Part shown: positions 36,603 through 45,714 of the stretch, piece by piece
Layout: every line of letters begins with the position of its first letter
How positions within the stretch are numbered: the first letter of the stretch is position 1
Assembly (NCBI GenBank): GCA_005879785.1
Contig: VBJV01000011.1
Location: 1 to 48,311 of the forward strand
Direction of reading: 5' to 3'
Length of the DNA: 48,311 nucleotides
Source of the DNA: Chloroflexota bacterium
GTDB lineage: Bacteria > Chloroflexota > Dormibacteria > Aeolococcales > Aeolococcaceae
Made by a program: the position numbers and the translations under genes
The notes under the pieces: generated by a model
The model's database searches: none
What the model saw: the letters and a program-made list of their open reading frames with translations, nothing else
What the model was told of the DNA's origin: nothing

Positions 36603-37055
36603 ATGTACAACCCCGAGCACCCGCTGAAACGGCTGTCCGAGTACGAGAGCGCTGCGGCGCCGAAGGCGCTGATGTCGGCGTCCGCTCTGTTCCTTGCCGC
36701 CGCCACCTTCGTGGTCTCCATGCCGCTCGCCTGGCATCACCGCTTCATCCCCGGTGACGGGTACACGGTCGTTCATGGCTACCAGGGGGCCAGCTGGCTC
36801 AATGTGGTCGCCGCTGTCGCCGTGATTTTCGCGGTCCGGCTCATCCGCGTGCCCCCGGGGATGTACACGAAGTGGCTGCTCACCATCGCCGCCTTCGCGA
36901 CGTTCATCGGCATGGCAGCCGATTACTTCGACACCCTGTCACGCGCTGCGCAGGTCTTCGCGGACGCCTATTTCGGGCCAGGCTTCTGGGTCAGCCTCGG
37001 GGGCACCGGTCTGGTGATCGCCGCGACCGTGGTCACATGGCGTACGCCGTCGTGA
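36603..37055 (+). CDS. Hypothetical 4-TM membrane protein (150 aa)
   Basis: ATG start. Four hydrophobic segments (ALFLAAATFVVSM, WLNVVAAVAVIFAV, WLLTIAAFATFIGMA, WVSLGGTGLVIAATVV). Third positions are G/C-rich. Confidence 0.6.
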   Translation: MYNPEHPLKRLSEYESAAAPKALMSASALFLAAATFVVSMPLAWHHRFIPGDGYTVVHGYQGASWLNVVAAVAVIFAVRLIRVPPGMYTKWLLTIAAFATFIGMAADYFDTLSRAAQVFADAYFGPGFWVSLGGTGLVIAATVVTWRTPS

Positions 37056-37056
37056 T

Positions 37057-38481
37057 TCACCCGGCCGGCTCGTGCACCGCCGCCGTGTAGATGTCCAGCT
37101 GGTGCAGGTTGCCGTCCGGGTTGTCTCCGGTGCTGTTCGAATTGTCAGACCAGGCCGGGTGCGCGACTCCGCCCAGGAAGGAAAGCCCAGAGTAGTCGCC
37201 GAAGTCGATGCCATTGCCGGAGTCGTGCGAGTTCGACGTGCCCGCGCTGATGCGCAGGTTCGGCGTGAAGGCCGTTCCGTCCGTGCTGAACGCGCCCCAG
37301 ACCTGGGCATCGTCGTTGGGCAGCCCGTCGGTGTCGCCCGAACCACCCGCGCCGAGGTCGTTTCTGGCGTCGTACCACATCACCGCCAGGTGTCCGGTGG
37401 TCGGGTCGAGCGAGATCTTGGGCAGGAACTGGCTGTTCACCGTGGCGTCGTCGTTGACACGCACGGGCTGGCTCCACGTGGTGCCCTCGTCGTCTGAGAA
37501 GCGCACCTGGATGTCGGTGTTGTCACTCTCGTTGGGATGCTCGAGCGTGTACACGAGGTAGACGCGCCCGAGCTGCGCGCCGCCGGTGCGGTCCCAGGCG
37601 AGTCCCGGCTCCGCATCCACCGAGCGATCCGGCTGGGGTGCGATGAAGTCGAAGCCACCGACGTGCGTGTCGACAACGGTTGTGGTCTTGCCGAACCCCG
37701 CCGGCCCCAGGCCGTCGGGGTCGACGCTGACGCGCAGCTTGCCGCCACCCTGGCCGCTCTCGGTCAGCGTGCACACGTTCATGATCTGCCCCGCCGGGCC
37801 GATGGCCACGTCGCCATAGGTGCAATTGTTCGTGCCATGAATGACTTCAACTGGGAAGAAGGCGCCGACCTCGCCCAGGCCCGTCACCGGCGCGCCCGTG
37901 GCCACCATGGGACCGCCGGCATTGAAGATCACCCATGCCTCACCCTCGCCGGCGACGATGGTCGGCTGGTCGACGAAGCGGAACAGCCCGCGGTGCCCGT
38001 TGGTCGTCGCGGTAGACGACGCCGGCTTTGCGATGTTGGCGATGGGGCTGAAGGTCAGCCCGCCATCGATGCTCAGAGCCACCGGTACGACGTCGAAGAT
38101 GTTGCGGTACAGATAGGACAGGAAGAGATTGCCGTGCTCGTCGAACGACAGCGTCGGGTCGCAGCAGGCGATCCCAAGGTTGTCACCGTCACCGATCAGC
38201 GACTTGGTCCAGGTCGCGCCACCGTCGAAGCTCACGCCCTCGAAGAGCGCCTCCGTCGGCCGTTGGACGTTGGTGACGATCACGATGTTGTCCGGATTGG
38301 TGGGGTTGACAGCGACCGCCTCCTCGGACTGGTTGCCGGCGAGCTGGCTGACGTTGACATTTGCGGGCGTCGACAGATCGTCCGTTGTCCTGTCACGGCT
38401 CGCTGCACCGGCAGTACCACCGCTCAGCACCACAGCCCACGTCGCGACGACGGCGGCGACCACACACGTACGCGGATTCAT
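37057..38481 (-). CDS. Secreted BNR/Asp-box (sialidase-like) beta-propeller protein
   Basis: From ATG 38481 (preceded by GGGGAGAGAG): signal peptide MNPRTCVVAAVVATWAVVLSGGTAGAAS. Asp-box-like repeats SFDGGATW, SIDGGLTF, SDDEGTTW and STDGTAF. A DFGDYSG motif lies near the C-terminus. Track ORF 37057..38892 was trimmed. Confidence 0.75.
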   Translation of the reverse strand: MNPRTCVVAAVVATWAVVLSGGTAGAASRDRTTDDLSTPANVNVSQLAGNQSEEAVAVNPTNPDNIVIVTNVQRPTEALFEGVSFDGGATWTKSLIGDGDNLGIACCDPTLSFDEHGNLFLSYLYRNIFDVVPVALSIDGGLTFSPIANIAKPASSTATTNGHRGLFRFVDQPTIVAGEGEAWVIFNAGGPMVATGAPVTGLGEVGAFFPVEVIHGTNNCTYGDVAIGPAGQIMNVCTLTESGQGGGKLRVSVDPDGLGPAGFGKTTTVVDTHVGGFDFIAPQPDRSVDAEPGLAWDRTGGAQLGRVYLVYTLEHPNESDNTDIQVRFSDDEGTTWSQPVRVNDDATVNSQFLPKISLDPTTGHLAVMWYDARNDLGAGGSGDTDGLPNDDAQVWGAFSTDGTAFTPNLRISAGTSNSHDSGNGIDFGDYSGLSFLGGVAHPAWSDNSNSTGDNPDGNLHQLDIYTAAVHEPAG

Positions 38482-38510
38482 GGCTCTCTCCCCGTACAAA
38501 AGCCTCTTCA

Positions 38511-38560
38511 GTCCCGTCCTCGATGGTACAGAGCGGGACCGGGCGACGTGCCGCCGTCGC
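38511..38560 (-). terminator. Two adjacent hairpins downstream of the amidase stop (candidate intrinsic terminator / mRNA-stabilising structures)
   Basis: GCGACG(38543-38548)/CGTCGC(38555-38560) and GTCCCG(38511-38516)/CGGGAC(38534-38539), the latter with an inner CTC/GAG extension. On the minus strand the second hairpin is followed by GAAGAGGCTTTTG. The stems are short for this G+C level, so chance is not excluded. Confidence 0.2.
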
Positions 38561-38564
38561 GAGG

Positions 38565-40001
38565 TCAGGCGATCGGCGGCCGTCGGTCGGCCCACGGGCG
38601 GGCTGCTTCGAGCTGCGCGCTGAGCCGGTAGAGGGTTGCCTCGTCGTGGATGCGGCCGATCGCCTGGATGCCGATGGGCAGATCCTCGTGCCAGCTCAGC
38701 GGAAGGTTCGCCGCCGGCTGACCGGTGACGTTGATGAGCGGCAGGCACGGAATCCAGACGCCGGCACGGTTGAGCGGGAAGAGCGGGTCGTCCGCGGCCA
38801 GCTCGAAGTGAGCGCCCAGCTTCAGCGGAGGCTCCGACGTGGTCGGCGTCAGAAGCACGTCGAAACGCTCCCAGAACGCGCCGACGCGCCACGCGTACTG
38901 GCGCAGCTTGCTCATGGTCACGCCCAGCTGGTTGGCGCTGATCTCCTTGCCGAACTCGTGCAACGCGCGGTTGTGCGGCTCGATCGTCGTCGGATCACCG
39001 CCGAGCTCCTCGAGGAGATCGACATCCGAGCCGATCACCGACGCCCAGAGCTGTATGAACAGCACCGCCACCATGTCGTCGCGCCAGTCGGGGGTCGCCT
39101 CGTCCACCTGGTGGCCCAGCGACGCGCACAGCTCGGCAGCGTCGCGGAGCGCGGCCGCGTGGGCGGGGTGCACCGGCACGTCGAGCGGCCCGTCCGTCGT
39201 CCACGCGATGCGCAGCGGCGCGGGTTCGGTGAGCGCTTCGTCTTCGAACGACTTCATCGGGGGCGGTGCGGGAAATGGATCGCCGGGCAGGGGCCCGGCG
39301 ATGACGTCGAGGAAACGGGCGTTGTCGCGAACGCTCCTGCTGATGAAACCGTTGATGTTCAGGGCGCCGAACTTCTCGGTCGCGAGCGGCCCGGGAGTGA
39401 CGCGGCCCCGGCTCGGCTTCATGCTGAACAGGCCGCAACACGCCGCCGGTACGCGCAGGCTGCCGCCTCCGTCGTTGCCATGCGCGATGGGACACATTCC
39501 CGAGGACACCGCCGCGGCAGCGCCCCCGCTCGAGCCACCCGGCGTCCGGGTGAGATCCCACGGGTTGTGCGCCGGCCCGTGCACCTCTCCCTCAGTGGTG
39601 GGGATCGTGCCGAACTCGGGAAGGTTGGTCTTGCCCGGAAATACGGCGCCGGCACGGCGCAGCCTGGCCACCAGCTCGGCGTCGACCGGCATGTCGAAAG
39701 CCGGCGCCATGCGCGACGAAAACGTCATGGGCGCGCCGGCGAGGGCGACGTTGTCCTTGATCGGCACCGGGAGACCCTCGAGCGGGCGGGCCTCGCCGCG
39801 GCGCAGGCGGTCCTCGCTGTCACGAGCCTGCGCCCGGGCCTGCTCGGCGAGGATCAGCACGAAGGCGTTGAGCTTCGGGTTGAGCTCCTCGATCCGCTCC
39901 AGGCAGTGATCGAGCAGTTCCACGGGCGACAGCTCACCACGCTCCATGAGATCGCTCAGCTCGGTGGTGCTGAGGTAGGCGAGTTCGCTGCGCGTCTGCA
40001 T
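38565..40001 (-). CDS. Amidase-signature (AS) family amidase
   Basis: GLPVPIKDN, GKTNLPEFG, TPGGSSGGAAAAV, GNDGGGSLRVPAACCGL and KPSRGRV form the Ser-cisSer-Lys amidase signature. Confidence 0.9.
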   Translation of the reverse strand: MQTRSELAYLSTTELSDLMERGELSPVELLDHCLERIEELNPKLNAFVLILAEQARAQARDSEDRLRRGEARPLEGLPVPIKDNVALAGAPMTFSSRMAPAFDMPVDAELVARLRRAGAVFPGKTNLPEFGTIPTTEGEVHGPAHNPWDLTRTPGGSSGGAAAAVSSGMCPIAHGNDGGGSLRVPAACCGLFSMKPSRGRVTPGPLATEKFGALNINGFISRSVRDNARFLDVIAGPLPGDPFPAPPPMKSFEDEALTEPAPLRIAWTTDGPLDVPVHPAHAAALRDAAELCASLGHQVDEATPDWRDDMVAVLFIQLWASVIGSDVDLLEELGGDPTTIEPHNRALHEFGKEISANQLGVTMSKLRQYAWRVGAFWERFDVLLTPTTSEPPLKLGAHFELAADDPLFPLNRAGVWIPCLPLINVTGQPAANLPLSWHEDLPIGIQAIGRIHDEATLYRLSAQLEAARPWADRRPPIA

Positions 40002-40106
40002 CGTGAAACCCCCCGTTGTGACCGGCTCGAAGGATTCTGGCGCAGCCGGCGGGCAACCCGCTCACCCGCGACGCACGCGCGGGCATCGGAACGGCAAGAT
40101 CTCCGG

Positions 40107-40887
40107 GTGGCCACCCGCACCGCACTGCAGACCTTCGAGCGCGACGGCCTGGTCTTCGACGTGCGCGACGAGGGCCCTGGCGACGGGCCCGTGGTCGTTC
40201 TGCTGCACGGGTTTCCGCAGACCTCAGCGTCGTGGGACGCGGTCGTCCCGGGACTGATCGGCGCCGGATACCGCACCTTGAGACCCGACCAGCGCGGCTA
40301 CTCCCCGCGCCGGGATCGAGCGCTTCCACGTCATCGGCCACGATTGGGGCGCCGCGGTCAGCTGGGCTCTCGGCATGACCCGCCCCGACCGGCTGCTGTC
40401 GCTCACCGCGCTGTCGGTGCCGCACCCGGCTGCGTTCCGCCGCGCCATGCTCAGCAGCACGCAGGCGTTGCACTCCTGGTACTTCGGCTTCTTTCAGATT
40501 CCGCGGCTGCCCGAGGCGCTCGTGGGATCACGCCAGGGGCGCGCCCTGCAAGCCAACCTGATGCGCTCAGGATTGCCGGCGGAGTACGCGCACCGGTACG
40601 CGGAACACATGCGCGAGCCGGGTGCGCTCACGGCCGCCATCAACTGGTACCGCGGCTTGCGGCCGATCGCCGATGCGAGGCCGATTCCGGTGACGACCCC
40701 GGCGATGCTGCTGTGGGGCGATCGCGATCCCTTCCTGCGTCGCCGCGGCGTGCTTGGCACAGCGCGATATTGCACCGGCCCCTACCGCCTCGAGATCCTC
40801 GACGGGGTCTCGCACTGGATTCCGGAGCAGGCACCTGACCGCATCGTGGAGCTGCTGCTGCCGCACCTTGCCGCTGCCGTAGGCTGA
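40107..40887 (+). pseudogene. Epoxide-hydrolase/haloalkane-dehalogenase-like alpha/beta hydrolase with an internal frame break near 40305
   Basis: Frame of GTG 40107: FERDGLVFDVRDEGPGDGPVVVLLHGFPQTSASWDAVVPGLIGAGYRTLRPDQRGYSPR. The next frame (open from 40282; track ORF 40375..40887) reads GIERFHVIGHDWGAAVSWALGMTRPDRLLSLTALSVPHP...DRDPF...VSHWIPEQAP. The nucleophile elbow GHDWG and the HGFP oxyanion motif are therefore in different frames. Confidence 0.65.
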
Positions 40888-40906
40888 CCAGCATGCGCGT
40901 GTCACG

Positions 40907-42340
40907 GTGCTCGCCATGCGGCTCGATGGTCTTCTGACCACCGGCGTGGCACTTGCGCTTCTTTGCGGGTGCGGCACAACAGGTGCTGCCTCACCCTCAG
41001 CTCACGCCGCCGCGACGACCACGACCACGAAGTGGCCCACGTACCACCTCACCGCGGGGCGCACGGGCAACGATCGCAAGGAGCCGTCGTTCGCCGCCAT
41101 GAGCCATGCGTGGACCACCGCGGCGCTGGACGGCGCGGTGTACGCCGAGCCGCTTGTCTTCGGCAGCAACATCATCGTGGCCACCGAGCACAATTCGCTG
41201 TACTCGTTCGATGCGGCGAGCGGGCAGCAGCTCTGGCACGCCAACCTGGGCTCTCCGCGGACCACCAATTTTCCCTGCGGCAACATCATGCCGCTCGGCA
41301 TCACGAGCACCCCGGTGATCACCGGCGGTTCTCTGTACGCGGTGGCCGAGGTCGAAGCGCCCTCCGGAACGTACCGGTTCCACCTCGCCAAGGTGAACCC
41401 GACCACGGGAGCGGTCGTCTACAACAAGGACGTCACACCGACCGGTTTCAACGCCAGCACGCAGCAGCAGCGCAGCGCGCTCAACGTGTCGCAGGGAAAC
41501 ATCGTCGTCGCCTGGGGAGGGCTCGACGGCGACTGCGGCACGTACCACGGATACGTCGAAACCGTGTCCGCGAGCGCCGGCATCGAGGTCGCGCAGTGGA
41601 ACGACACGACCGCCGACAACGAGGGCGGCATCTGGGGGGCGTCGGGCCCGGCGGTCGACAGCAACGGCAACATCTACGTGACCACGGGCAACGGATCCAC
41701 CACCGACATCACCAAGTACGACTACTCCGACAGCGTCGTGAAGCTCTCACCCTCGCTGACGCCGCTGTCGTTCTTCGCGCCCGGTCCCCCGCAGCAGTGG
41801 ACGGGCCTGAACGCAGCGGACTCCGACCTTGGCTCGGTTGGACCATCGTTGCTGGCCAATGGGCTGCTCTTCGCGATCGGCAAGGGCGGACGCGGTTACC
41901 TCCTCAACCAGGCCCAGCTGCCCGGCAACTCCAACCCCGGAGGCGGCGAGAACGTCAGCGCGCAGGTGTGCCACCAGACCAGCGGCGCCGCGTTCTCGGG
42001 CATGGCGCGCAAGAGCAACACCGTCTTCGTCCCGTGCGCTGACGGCGTGGTCGACGTGCATATCGACTCAGCGACCGCCTTTCACACGGTCTGGTACTCG
42101 ACATCCGGGTCGGCCGCGCCGATCGTGGCCGGAGGCTTGGTGTGGACTCTCAAGATGTTCGGCGGCACCACGCTCTACGGCCTCGATCCCAAGACGGGAG
42201 CAGCCTCGGTGCAGCTGACCCTGCCCGCGACGACACAGCACTTCGCCACCCCCACGTCCGGTGACGGGCGTCTCTTTGTCGCCGCGGGCACCGTGCTGAC
42301 CGCGTTCGCGCCGGTCGCTGCGGCGCGCGCCCAGAAGTGA
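40907..42340 (+). CDS. PQQ-like (BamB/YVTN-type) beta-propeller lipoprotein
   Basis: Signal peptide plus lipobox (VALALLCGC). Repeated blade pattern: GAVYAEPLVFGSNIIVATEHNSLYSFDAASGQQLW, GSLYAV, GNIVVAWGG, SNGNIYVTTGNG, GLLFAIGKGGRGYLL, GGLVWTL...LYGLDPKTG, GRLFVAAGTVLTAF. The start is GTG 40907 or ATG 40916. Confidence 0.7.
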   Translation: MLAMRLDGLLTTGVALALLCGCGTTGAASPSAHAAATTTTTKWPTYHLTAGRTGNDRKEPSFAAMSHAWTTAALDGAVYAEPLVFGSNIIVATEHNSLYSFDAASGQQLWHANLGSPRTTNFPCGNIMPLGITSTPVITGGSLYAVAEVEAPSGTYRFHLAKVNPTTGAVVYNKDVTPTGFNASTQQQRSALNVSQGNIVVAWGGLDGDCGTYHGYVETVSASAGIEVAQWNDTTADNEGGIWGASGPAVDSNGNIYVTTGNGSTTDITKYDYSDSVVKLSPSLTPLSFFAPGPPQQWTGLNAADSDLGSVGPSLLANGLLFAIGKGGRGYLLNQAQLPGNSNPGGGENVSAQVCHQTSGAAFSGMARKSNTVFVPCADGVVDVHIDSATAFHTVWYSTSGSAAPIVAGGLVWTLKMFGGTTLYGLDPKTGAASVQLTLPATTQHFATPTSGDGRLFVAAGTVLTAFAPVAAARAQK

Positions 42341-43683
42341 GCGCTGAGGTGAAGCCCGAGGTCCGCTACGCCAAGAGCGGCGACGTGCACGTCGCGTACG
42401 TGGTGTACGGCGACGGGCCCGTCGACCTGGTGGTGGTCCCCGGTTTCGTCAGCCACCTCGATGTGATGTGGGACAACCCCGCGATCGCGCGGCTGAGCGA
42501 GCGATTCTCGCGGTTCGCACGCCTGATCACCTTCGACAAGCGCGGCACGGGAATGTCCGACCCGGTCGCAGCGGCGCCGACGCTCGAGCAGCGTATGGAC
42601 GACATCCGCGCGGTCATGGACGCGGCCGGGTCCGAACGCGCGGTGCTGCTGGGGGTGTCCGAAGGCGCCCCGCTGTGCATCCTCTTCGCGGCGGCCCACC
42701 CGGAGCGGACGGCGGGCCTCATCCTCAGCGGCGGCCTGGCACGCTCGACGTGGGCGCCGGACTACCCGTACGCCACGCCACGAGAAGCGCTGCTCGAGTC
42801 GGCGGCCGAGCTCACCGCGCCGTTCTGGGGCACCGGCCAGAACGCCGAGATCTTCGCGCCAAGCGCCGCCTCGGACCCGGCGGTCGTCGACTGGTGGGGC
42901 CGCATGGAACGTCTGGCCGCCAGTCCGGGGATGATGCAACAGCTCTTCACGATGTTCCTGGACATCGACGTCCGCGCGGTGCTGCCGCTGGTGCAGGCGC
43001 CGACGCTGGTGCTGCACCGCACCGGTGACCGCGTCGTGAACGTCAACGCCGGGAGATGGCTCGCCGAGCACATCGATGGTGCACGCTTCGTCGAGCTGCC
43101 CGGCCGCGACCACGCGCTGTGGGCCGGCGATGTCGACGCCGTGACGGGTGAGATCGAGGAGTTCCTCACCGGGGCGCGGTCGGCGCCTCCTGAGATCTTC
43201 GACCGCGTGCTGGCGACGGTGCTGTTCACCGATGTCGTGGCGTCGACGCAGCGCGCTGCCGAGCTCGGTGACAAGCGCTGGCGCGAGCTGCTCGAGCGCT
43301 ACTACGCAGCGGTGCGCGCCGAGCTGACCCGCTACCGCGGGCGCGAGATCAAGACGATCGGCGACGGCTTCCTGGCCACGTTCGACGGCCCCGCGCGCGC
43401 CATACGCGCCGCGCAGTCGATCGTGACTGCGTCGAGGGCCATCGGCCTCGACACCCGCGCCGGCGTGCACACCGGAGAGTGCGAGATGCTCGACGCCGAC
43501 ATTGGCGGCATCGCCGTGCACATCGGCGCCCGGGTCGTGTCCCTCGCCGAGCCGGGCGAGGTGCTGGTCTCCTCCACAGTGAGGGACCTCGTCGCCGGGT
43601 CGGGGGTCGAATTCGCAGAGCGGGGCGTGCACGAACTGCGCGGCGTGCCGGGCGAGTGGCGCCTGTATACGGCGCAGGGCTAG
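42337..43683 (+). CDS. Alpha/beta-hydrolase domain fused to a class III adenylate/guanylate cyclase domain
   Basis: N-terminal half: VRYAKSGDVHVAYVVYGDGPVDLVVVPGFVSHLD...FDKRGTGMSD...LLGVSEGAP. C-terminal half: VLFTDVVASTQRA...KTIGDGFLATFDGPARAI...GVHTGECE...GIAVHIGARV. GTG 42337 overlaps the upstream stop (GTGA). Confidence 0.85.
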   Translation: MSAEVKPEVRYAKSGDVHVAYVVYGDGPVDLVVVPGFVSHLDVMWDNPAIARLSERFSRFARLITFDKRGTGMSDPVAAAPTLEQRMDDIRAVMDAAGSERAVLLGVSEGAPLCILFAAAHPERTAGLILSGGLARSTWAPDYPYATPREALLESAAELTAPFWGTGQNAEIFAPSAASDPAVVDWWGRMERLAASPGMMQQLFTMFLDIDVRAVLPLVQAPTLVLHRTGDRVVNVNAGRWLAEHIDGARFVELPGRDHALWAGDVDAVTGEIEEFLTGARSAPPEIFDRVLATVLFTDVVASTQRAAELGDKRWRELLERYYAAVRAELTRYRGREIKTIGDGFLATFDGPARAIRAAQSIVTASRAIGLDTRAGVHTGECEMLDADIGGIAVHIGARVVSLAEPGEVLVSSTVRDLVAGSGVEFAERGVHELRGVPGEWRLYTAQG

Positions 43684-43717
43684 CGATCGCCCCCCGGGCT
43701 CATACTCGGGCCCCATC

Positions 43718-45712
43718 ATGGACAGCTGGAGCAGCTCGTTCCGCGGCGCGGCGCTGGCCGTAATGACCTGCGCCCTCGCCGCTTCGCCTGTTATCGCCGC
43801 ATCGGTATCGGTCCTGGCGCCGGCCGCGGGCTTCGTCGAAGCGCACGCCTCGCGCGTGTCGCACCCGGTCGTGCACCGCATCGCACGCCACGCGATTGCG
43901 GATGGCGCCGCCGGCCGCTTCCTGAGCCTGGCGCCGCACACGGTGCGGCGCAGCGAACCCGCGGCGGCGCGAATCCCGGTCGTCGATGCGGGTGGCGGCG
44001 CGGCCGGCGCGGCGGCGGCTGCCAGTGCGGCATCGGCCCTGTCCGTGGACGCCGGTTTCCCGGTGATGAGCCTCGACAGCCAGATCAGCGCGCTGGGCAG
44101 CGGGCAGAACGTGGCGCCGCCCGACACGCAGCTCGCCGCGGGGCCAACCTCGCTCCTGGAGACCGTCAACGGCAGCGGGTCCGTGTGGTCAAAGGCCGGG
44201 TCGCCGGTGATCACGTTCGATCTGGCCGTGTTCTTCAGCGTGCCGAGCGGTTCGTTCTTCTCCGATCCGCGCGTGCTCTACGACGCGCCCAGCGGCCGCT
44301 GGTTCGTCTCGGGGCTCTCGTTCACGCCGCCCAGCTATGGCAGCAAGGTGTACCTCGCGGTGTCGAGCGGGAGCGATCCGAGCGGGGCCTGGACCGTGTA
44401 CTCGACTGCATCGACCTCGAACGTGCTCCACGACCAACCCAAGATCGGTGTGAGCGCCGACAAGGTCGTCATGTCATGGAACGATTTTCAGAACGCGTCG
44501 TCGTTCCTTGGCGAGAGCACCTACGTGTGGGAGAAGTCGCAGCTGCTCGCCGGAGCCGCGACGGTTAACATCGCGGCGGTCGTCGACGACGGGACCCGTG
44601 ACAGCCTCGTCCCCGTGCAGGCGCTCGGCTACGCGGCGTCGGACACCAACGCGTATGTGGTGTACAACAACAGCCACTGCTTCGCCTGCAGCAGTGCGAG
44701 CATCGGCATGCTCACCGTCGTCGGCACGCCACTCCAGAGCAACGTGAGCTGGTCGGAGAACGACCTCTCCATCCCATCCACGTCGACCGCTCCCTCCGCT
44801 GACCAGCCCGGCGCCGCGGGCTCGATCGCGACCAACGACGACCGCTTCCTCAATGCCGTGCTGCGCGGCGGCACGCTGTGGACCGCGGGCAACGACGCGT
44901 GCCTGCCCAACGGCGACTCGACGGTGCGCCCGTGCGCGCGCTTCATCGCCGTGACGGTCTCATCGCTGGCGGTGGCGCAGGACTTCGACCTGGCGGCGAC
45001 GGGAGCCGGCGTGTACTACCCGGCACCCGGCCTGGATGCGAGCGGCGACATGCTGGCCGCCTACTCCATCTCGTCCACGGCGGTGTACCCCTCGGTGCGC
45101 GTCATCGGCGAATCAGGAGGAACGGTCACGGCCGGCCAGACCGTCAGGGCCGGCGAGGCGCTGTACGACGACACCGGCTGCTACAACGTCGGTCCGCCGT
45201 CGCGCTGGGGCGATTACTCCTCCGCCGCGGCTGATCCGAGCGCCGCCGGTGAGGTCTGGGTAGCCGGCGAATACGCCGCCACCAGCACGCTCGCGGCAAC
45301 CAGCGGTTGCGCCTGGGGAACGTACACGGCCGAGCTCAGCATCGGCGGTTCGTCGTCACCTGGGCCGGTGGCCGCCGTCTCCCCCACGAGCATCGTCTTC
45401 AAGAGCCGTGCGGTGGGAACCAGGAGCACGCCGCACAAGGTCACCGTCACCAACACCGGCACGGCGGACCTCGTGATCGCTGTCAACGGCGTCACGATCA
45501 CCGACCCGACGGATTTCGTGATCAGCAGCAACACATGCTCGAACGGGGCCACCACGACGGTCGTCGCTCCCGGTGCGAGCTGCACCTTCGCGGTGACGTT
45601 CGCGCCGGCGAGCATCGGCACGTTCACGGCGCTGGTGGGCGTCGATGACAACGCCCCGGACAGCCCGCAGACGGTGGCGCTCTCCGGCAAGGGCACGAGG
45701 CCCAGGCACTAA
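43718..45712 (+). CDS. Secreted protein: sialidase-like/unknown beta-propeller region plus a C-terminal Ig-like choice-of-anchor-D/ASH-type domain
   Basis: Signal peptide (GAALAVMTCALAASPVIAAS). The central region has PDTQLAAGP, FSDPRVLYDAPSGRWFVSG, DQPKIGVS and RWGDYSSAA. The C-terminal ~110 aa (SPTSIVFKSRAVGTRSTPHKVTVTNTGTADLVI...CTFAVTFAPASIGTFTALVGVDDNAPDSPQTVALSGKG) match the choice-of-anchor-D pattern as I remember it. Confidence 0.65.
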   Translation: MDSWSSSFRGAALAVMTCALAASPVIAASVSVLAPAAGFVEAHASRVSHPVVHRIARHAIADGAAGRFLSLAPHTVRRSEPAAARIPVVDAGGGAAGAAAAASAASALSVDAGFPVMSLDSQISALGSGQNVAPPDTQLAAGPTSLLETVNGSGSVWSKAGSPVITFDLAVFFSVPSGSFFSDPRVLYDAPSGRWFVSGLSFTPPSYGSKVYLAVSSGSDPSGAWTVYSTASTSNVLHDQPKIGVSADKVVMSWNDFQNASSFLGESTYVWEKSQLLAGAATVNIAAVVDDGTRDSLVPVQALGYAASDTNAYVVYNNSHCFACSSASIGMLTVVGTPLQSNVSWSENDLSIPSTSTAPSADQPGAAGSIATNDDRFLNAVLRGGTLWTAGNDACLPNGDSTVRPCARFIAVTVSSLAVAQDFDLAATGAGVYYPAPGLDASGDMLAAYSISSTAVYPSVRVIGESGGTVTAGQTVRAGEALYDDTGCYNVGPPSRWGDYSSAAADPSAAGEVWVAGEYAATSTLAATSGCAWGTYTAELSIGGSSSPGPVAAVSPTSIVFKSRAVGTRSTPHKVTVTNTGTADLVIAVNGVTITDPTDFVISSNTCSNGATTTVVAPGASCTFAVTFAPASIGTFTALVGVDDNAPDSPQTVALSGKGTRPRH

Positions 45713-45714
45713 CC

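Noticed and set aside
38361-40838. 825-aa plus-strand ORF, the longest in the track
   Set aside because: From 38361 to about 40000 it is antisense to the well-supported amidase and is junk-like. Only the part from GTG 40107 is real (the N-terminus of the alpha/beta hydrolase). After about 40305 it is the wrong frame of that broken gene.
42175-44214. 679-aa minus-strand ORF
   Set aside because: It is antisense to the abhydrolase-cyclase gene and to the 5' end of the 664-aa secreted protein. It has no motifs and a low-complexity, Arg/Ala/Gly-rich composition.
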